DNA of 51,808 nucleotides from Octopus bimaculoides (Eukaryota). The stretch covers positions 12,715,374 through 12,767,181 of the forward strand of contig NC_069002.1 of NCBI RefSeq assembly GCF_001194135.2. Direction: 5' to 3'. This document shows positions 46,640 to 51,808 of the stretch, piece after piece; position 1 is the first letter of the stretch; every line of letters begins with the position of its first letter. The notes under the pieces are model-generated. The model did no database searches. It had not been told where the DNA came from and saw only the letters and a list, made by a program, of their open reading frames with translations. Position numbers and translations under genes: made by a program.

Positions 46640-47040
46640 ATTCTTGGCAGAATTTCTGTGGATAATGAGATACAACCTGTAACCTTAGATGTCCACATGA
46701 TTTCAATAAGCCATCAGGTGCTTAAAACTTTGTTCCAAAGAGGTAAATCTTCTGTAGGTGCTATACAAAACATTCCTGTTCCAATCTCCTTTAACCATTT
46801 GTCTATGTTATCACTCACAGTCCCCTAATGCACCAATTGTCACAGGTACAACCTTTGCCAATTTTATGTTTCAGATCCTCACAAGCTCAAATTTTAAGGG
46901 GTTGTATTTTTCCCGATTTTCTTTGTCTCTTGCTGTAATATCTGCTTGTTATGTTCCAAAATACCTCCTTGATCATACTAAACAAAAGTATTCTCCATAA
47001 TTACTAATTTCATTGATATACCATGTCATCTTGTATCATC
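46640..47040 (-). mobile_element. RLE-type (R2/R4/NeSL superfamily) LINE C-terminal relic
   Basis: Minus frame reads DKENREKYNPLKFELVRI*...KVVPVTIGALG...DKWLKEIG. Confidence 0.75.
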
Positions 47041-47177
47041 AACTACAAAAAAATAAAAAAAAAAAACCCAGAAAAATTCTCACAAAATTCAATGCAATTA
47101 ATCTCATTTTTATTTTTGCTTTTTTTTTTTTAATCAAAATTCTTACCTGGTTTCAGTATTATTTCTTTATAAGTGTA

Positions 47178-47395
47178 AGGTGCTGAACTGGCAGAATCAA
47201 TTAGCACATCGAGCAAAATGCTTAGTGGTATTTTATCCATCTTTATATTTTGGGTTCAAATTCCGCCGAGGTCGACTTTGCTTTTCATCCTTTCAGAGTC
47301 GATTAAAATAAGTACCAGTTGAGTACTGGGGCTGATATAATGAACTTGCCTGCTCCACCAAAATTGCTGAACTTGTGCAAAAATTATCATCATCA

Positions 47396-47430
<35 letters not shown>
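47178..47430 (+). mobile_element. SINE-like family C with (ATT)n tail
   Basis: Family motif. Confidence 0.8.
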
Positions 47431-49177
47431 TAGTTTTATTTTTATCACATGATTTCACTGCACTACCGAGTGCAGCTCTGTGTGCCTTGGGTATGTGCTG
47501 TGGTGCTCTTACTTTTACTGTGTTGAAAGTGTTTTACATAGGATGTGTGCAATGCCTAATCATGCTATTTTCTGTATGTTATATATACTTGTAAGTCCTG
47601 GTGTTTTTGTTATGCATTTGAATGCTTTTTATCATACCTACTATAATAGGACTGTTTCTGTTTTTAGTCTCCACATCCAAGTTATCTCTATTTCAAGATT
47701 TTTGTATTTTGAGTTTGGGTCAGGTTTTCTGTTTCTCTTAGAGAAACATTGTCATCTGTTGGTATTGATACATCGATTATTATTATTATTTATGCTATTT
47801 AAAAAATTTTGGGGAAAATTCATGATTTTTATCAACCCTAAACCTTACTGGTCATGAGATATGCCAGAAACAACAGCCAAATCTCCCTTGAATCATGCAG
47901 TTTTTTTTCCTGAAAATATTTACTTATTTTTTTTCACAGAAACAGGTCTATAGTATAGTATAGTGTGTAGTTCCCAAAAAAATTCATCGTGCATAATGCC
48001 CACAAAATTAGTCCAGAGAGNNNNNNNNNNNNNNNNNNNNNNNNNNNNNNNNNNNNNNNNNNNNNNNNNNNNNNNNNNNNNNNNNNNNNNNNNNNNNNNN
48101 NNNNNNNNNNNNNNNNNNNNNNNNNNNNNNNNNNNNNNNNNNNNNNNNNNNNNNNNNNNNNNNNNNNNNNNNNNNNNNNNNNNNNNNNNNNNNNNNNNNN
48201 NNNNNNNNNNNNNNNNNNNNNNNNNNNNNNNNNNNNNNNNNNNNNNNNNNNNNNNNNNNNNNNNNNNNNNNNNNNNNNNNNNNNNNNNNNNNNNNNNNNN
48301 NNNNNNNNNNNNNNNNNNNNNNNNNNNNNNNNNNNNNNNNNNNNNNNNNNNNNNNNNNNNNNNNNNNNNNNNNNNNNNNNNNNNNNNNNNNNNNNNNNNN
48401 NNNNNNNNNNNNNNNNNNNNNNNNNNNNNNNNNNNNNNNNNNNNNNNNNNNNNNNNNNNNNNNNNNNNNNNNNNNNNNNNNNNNNNNNNNNNNNNNNNNN
48501 NNNNNNNNNNNNNNNNNNNNNNNNNNNNNNNNNNNNNNNNNNNNNNNNNNNNNNNNNNNNNNNNNNNNNNNNNNNNNNNNNNNNNNNNNNNNNNNNNNNN
48601 NNNNNNNNNNNNNNNNNNNNNNNNNNNNNNNNNNNNNNNNNNNNNNNNNNNNNNNNNNNNNNNNNNNNNNNNNNNNNNNNNNNNNNNNNNNNNNNNNNNN
48701 NNNNNNNNNNNNNNNNNNNNNNNNNNNNNNNNNNNNNNNNNNNNNNNNNNNNNNNNNNNNNNNNNNNNNNNNNNNNNNNNNNNNNNNNNNNNNNNNNNNN
48801 NNNNNNNNNNNNNNNNNNNNNNNNNNNNNNNNNNNNNNNNNNNNNNNNNNNNNNNNNNNNNNNNNNNNNNNNNNNNNNNNNNNNNNNNNNNNNNNNNNNN
48901 NNNNNNNNNNNNNNNNNNNNNNNNNNNNNNNNNNNNNNNNNNNNNNNNNNNNNNNNNNNNNNNNNNNNNNNNNNNNNNNNNNNNNNNNNNNNNNNNNAGG
49001 TTAAAAATGAAAAAATATTTTCTAAGCAAAATTTTCTAAGTGATAAATATGTAAAGGCAATTTACTTAATATTTATTTTTCACTGACGTTATTACTCTTA
49101 TTTCTTTATTTTCTGCAAACAAAGTGCACAAAAAAGCTACACGTTTGCATTATGTTATATATACAATAATAATAAAG

Positions 49178-49350
49178 GACGTTACCGTATATACGATTAC
49201 AAACCAAGGACGTTATATAGACCGTCTTCACTCAAGTTAGAGAAGGGGTGCGTATTATACACAAGGTTTAGGTTTCTCAGAGGTACAGCCCCATAAAAAT
49301 CCCCTGCATATTATACTCAAGGGTGGACTATACTCGAGGATTTACGGTAT
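49178..49350. mobile_element. Short DNA-transposon derivative with TA-CCGTA...TACGG-TA ends
   Basis: taccgtata...ctcgaggatttacggta; repeated tattatac subterminal motif. Confidence 0.55.
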
Positions 49351-49778
49351 TTAGAATTACTACCCTCCAAAACATGTCAGAGACCATGTCTTGCTTGTAC
49401 ATTCTATTTTCAACCTGTCTTCTATGACTGGATGGCCTTTTTAATACCTAACCCCTTTACAGAATGTACTAGGTTTTAGAGAGAGATTGTCTTGTCCTCC
49501 ATAAGACTAAACAGTCCTTTTGCCCTGTGCTGTCTTTGTTTATTAACCAACTCTTTCAGTGAATCTAGTTGTGTACATTATCAGTGTCCCAACACTAGAT
49601 ATGTTGCCTCTACAAACGATATATATATATATATATAAAGCAAATAAGTAAGAACGGGTGTCCAGGTATCAGTGCATTGCAGTTGTTTCATGTGGCTCCA
49701 TTTAATCAATCAATGCAAACATTACATCAATTTGAAATAAACCACTCTCGTCAGGAGCATACGACCATACAGATTTCT

Positions 49779-50003
49779 TATTTCTTTATTGCCCACAAAG
49801 GGCTAAACATAGAGGGGACAAACAAGGACAGACAAAGGGATTAAGTCGATTACATCGACACCAGTGCGTAACTGGTACTTAATTTATCGACCCCGAAAGG
49901 ATGAAAGGCAAAGTCGACGTCGGTGGAATTGGAACTCAGAACGTAACGGCAGACGAAATACCGCAAAGCATTTCACCCGGCGTGCTAACGTTTCTGCCAG
50001 CTC
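49779..50003 (-). mobile_element. SINE-like family C with 18-bp TSD acgaccatacagatttct
   Basis: TSD 49761-49778 / 50004-50021. Confidence 0.92.
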
Positions 50004-50142
50004 ACGACCATACAGATTTCTACCGTTATAATTTTTTAGCAATTTTTTCATCAGTACTAGATAGTAAAAAAATTACATTGCTTCTTTTTGCTATTATTGT
50101 AGCAGAATGAATCTAGGGAAAATAGCAGAATGAATCTAAACA

Positions 50143-50533
50143 TGCCATGCTTGAGGAGACCTATTGAGTCAAATACATCAAAATCAAATGGAAATTGTGG
50201 TTTTGATCCCCGTGCTGGTGGCACATAAAAAGCACAATCCGAATGTGGCCGATGCCAGCGCCGCATTGACTGCCTTCCATGCCAGGGACACTTTAAAAGC
50301 ACCAACCGATCATGGTCGTTGCCAGCCCCCTCCGGCCCTTGTGCCAGTAGCACATAAAAAGCACCCACTACACTCTCGGAGTGGTTGGCATTAGGAAGGG
50401 CATCCAGCTGTAGAAATACTACCAGATTAATCTGGAGCCTGGGGCAGCCTCCTGGCTCCCTAGACTCCAGTTGAAACGTCCAACCCATGCCAGAATGGAA
50501 GAAAGACGTTAAACGATGATGATGATGATGATA
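50143..50533 (+). mobile_element. RTE-family 3' end
   Basis: Family sequence plus (GAT)n. Confidence 0.85.
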
Positions 50534-50829
50534 TCCGCTTCATAGTAGCCCACATCTTCTGTATAAAAGCTTATGTAGGATGGAACTATTGAAGAGTTTG
50601 GCATGCACGGTATTGTCTAACATTGTTTTGAATACATCCTTTAGTGAGTTTTAAGTGAAAGTAGTTGAATGAATGCAGCGTGGTTTAAGCTCTGATAATA
50701 TAATGTCTTCAGATTAATAGGATTCAGGATGAATAATCATTAAGAAAATACAAAGGTAAGTTAAGATTGACCACACCTCAACGTTTACCTACGATGCTAA
50801 AGTGGAATACATCAACTGGCATACCAAGT

Positions 50830-51219
50830 TCGTTCGTCGGCACTCCGTCGCTTACGACGTCGAGGGTTCCAGTTGATCCGATCAACGGAACAGCCTGCTC
50901 GTGAAATTAACGTGCAAGTGGCTGAGCACTCCACAGACACGTGTACCCTTAACGTAGTTCTCGAGGATATTCAGCGTGACACAGAGTGTGACAAGGCTGG
51001 CCCTTTGAAATACAGGCACAACAGAAACAGGAAGATAGAGTTAGAGAAAGTTGTGGTGGAAGAGTACAGCAGGGTTCGCCACCATCCCCTGCCGGAGCCT
51101 CGTGGAGCTTTTAAGTGTTTTCGCTCAATAAACACTCACAACGCCCGGTCTGGGAATCGAAACCGCGATCCTATGACCGCGAGTCCGCTGCCCTAACCAC
51201 TGGGCCATTGCGCCTCCAC
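50830..51219 (-). mobile_element. Full-length SINE family A with 12-bp TSD ggcataccaagt
   Basis: TSD 50818-50829 / 51220-51231. Confidence 0.93.
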
Positions 51220-51808
51220 GGCATACCAAGTAGAACTCTGTTAAAAGCATTACATGGTTTCAAAATGTTTCTTGAAGTTGAAGATAAATGTTGGATAAAA
51301 CACAAAACATAGTGTCAAAGATTCTGCTTTCAAATCTCTCCTTGCTACAGCTGCTACTTTCATGTTGAAAATCAAAACTTGTGTGTAACAAACTCACCTC
51401 CCTCAAGAATTAGGGGGGGGGGGATCGTCCCTTAAATAGCTGATATAGGGACTCTTGGCTAAGCTATCACGTTAAGGGGTGGACAGTCTGTGTACAGCTA
51501 AATGGACTTGACCATCACATGATGAACCAAAATGGGTAAGGTAATAAGGTAAAATGCAGATACCTAAAGGTAAAAGAACGATCATGCTTCTGCTACAAGT
51601 TAAATGTTTTCCATCCTGCTATGGCAAACAGTCATGGAAAGATCCATGCTAGGAATATGGTAGAGATGGACTATATGTAATCTGAACCTTTCCCCCCCTT
51701 ATTTATTAATTTTTTTGGTGGAGATGGAGTATATGTAATCTGGGTATACCCCCCCCCCTTTTAAATTTTGTTTTTTTTTACGCAATCCTGTTTCAGACCA
51801 GGGAGAAT

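Overview
AT-rich, microsatellite- and SINE-dense eukaryotic scaffold with 11 N-gaps. The repeat content resembles an octopus/cephalopod genome (inference). The supplied ORF track is almost entirely noise; the real content is spliced. One multi-exon + strand gene can be rebuilt by hand from GT-AG sites and phase matching (exons 16508 to stop 44136; candidate ATG exons at 2211 and 11016). It encodes an SLP-76/BLNK-family adaptor: acidic N-terminus, PxxP motifs, YxxP tyrosine motifs and a C-terminal SH2 domain. Its middle was built by repeated duplication of a two-exon cassette, and the youngest duplication is still visible in the introns. The introns hold relics of Penelope-like, mariner, RTE, L1/Tx1-like and RLE-type elements, four SINE-like families and a 5S rRNA relic. 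They also hold several hammerhead-ribozyme motifs, including a foldback of two outward-facing hammerheads, and a palindromic repeat with an internal tRNA-like cassette. Repeat boundaries are approximate unless a TSD is given. No transcript or database evidence was available.
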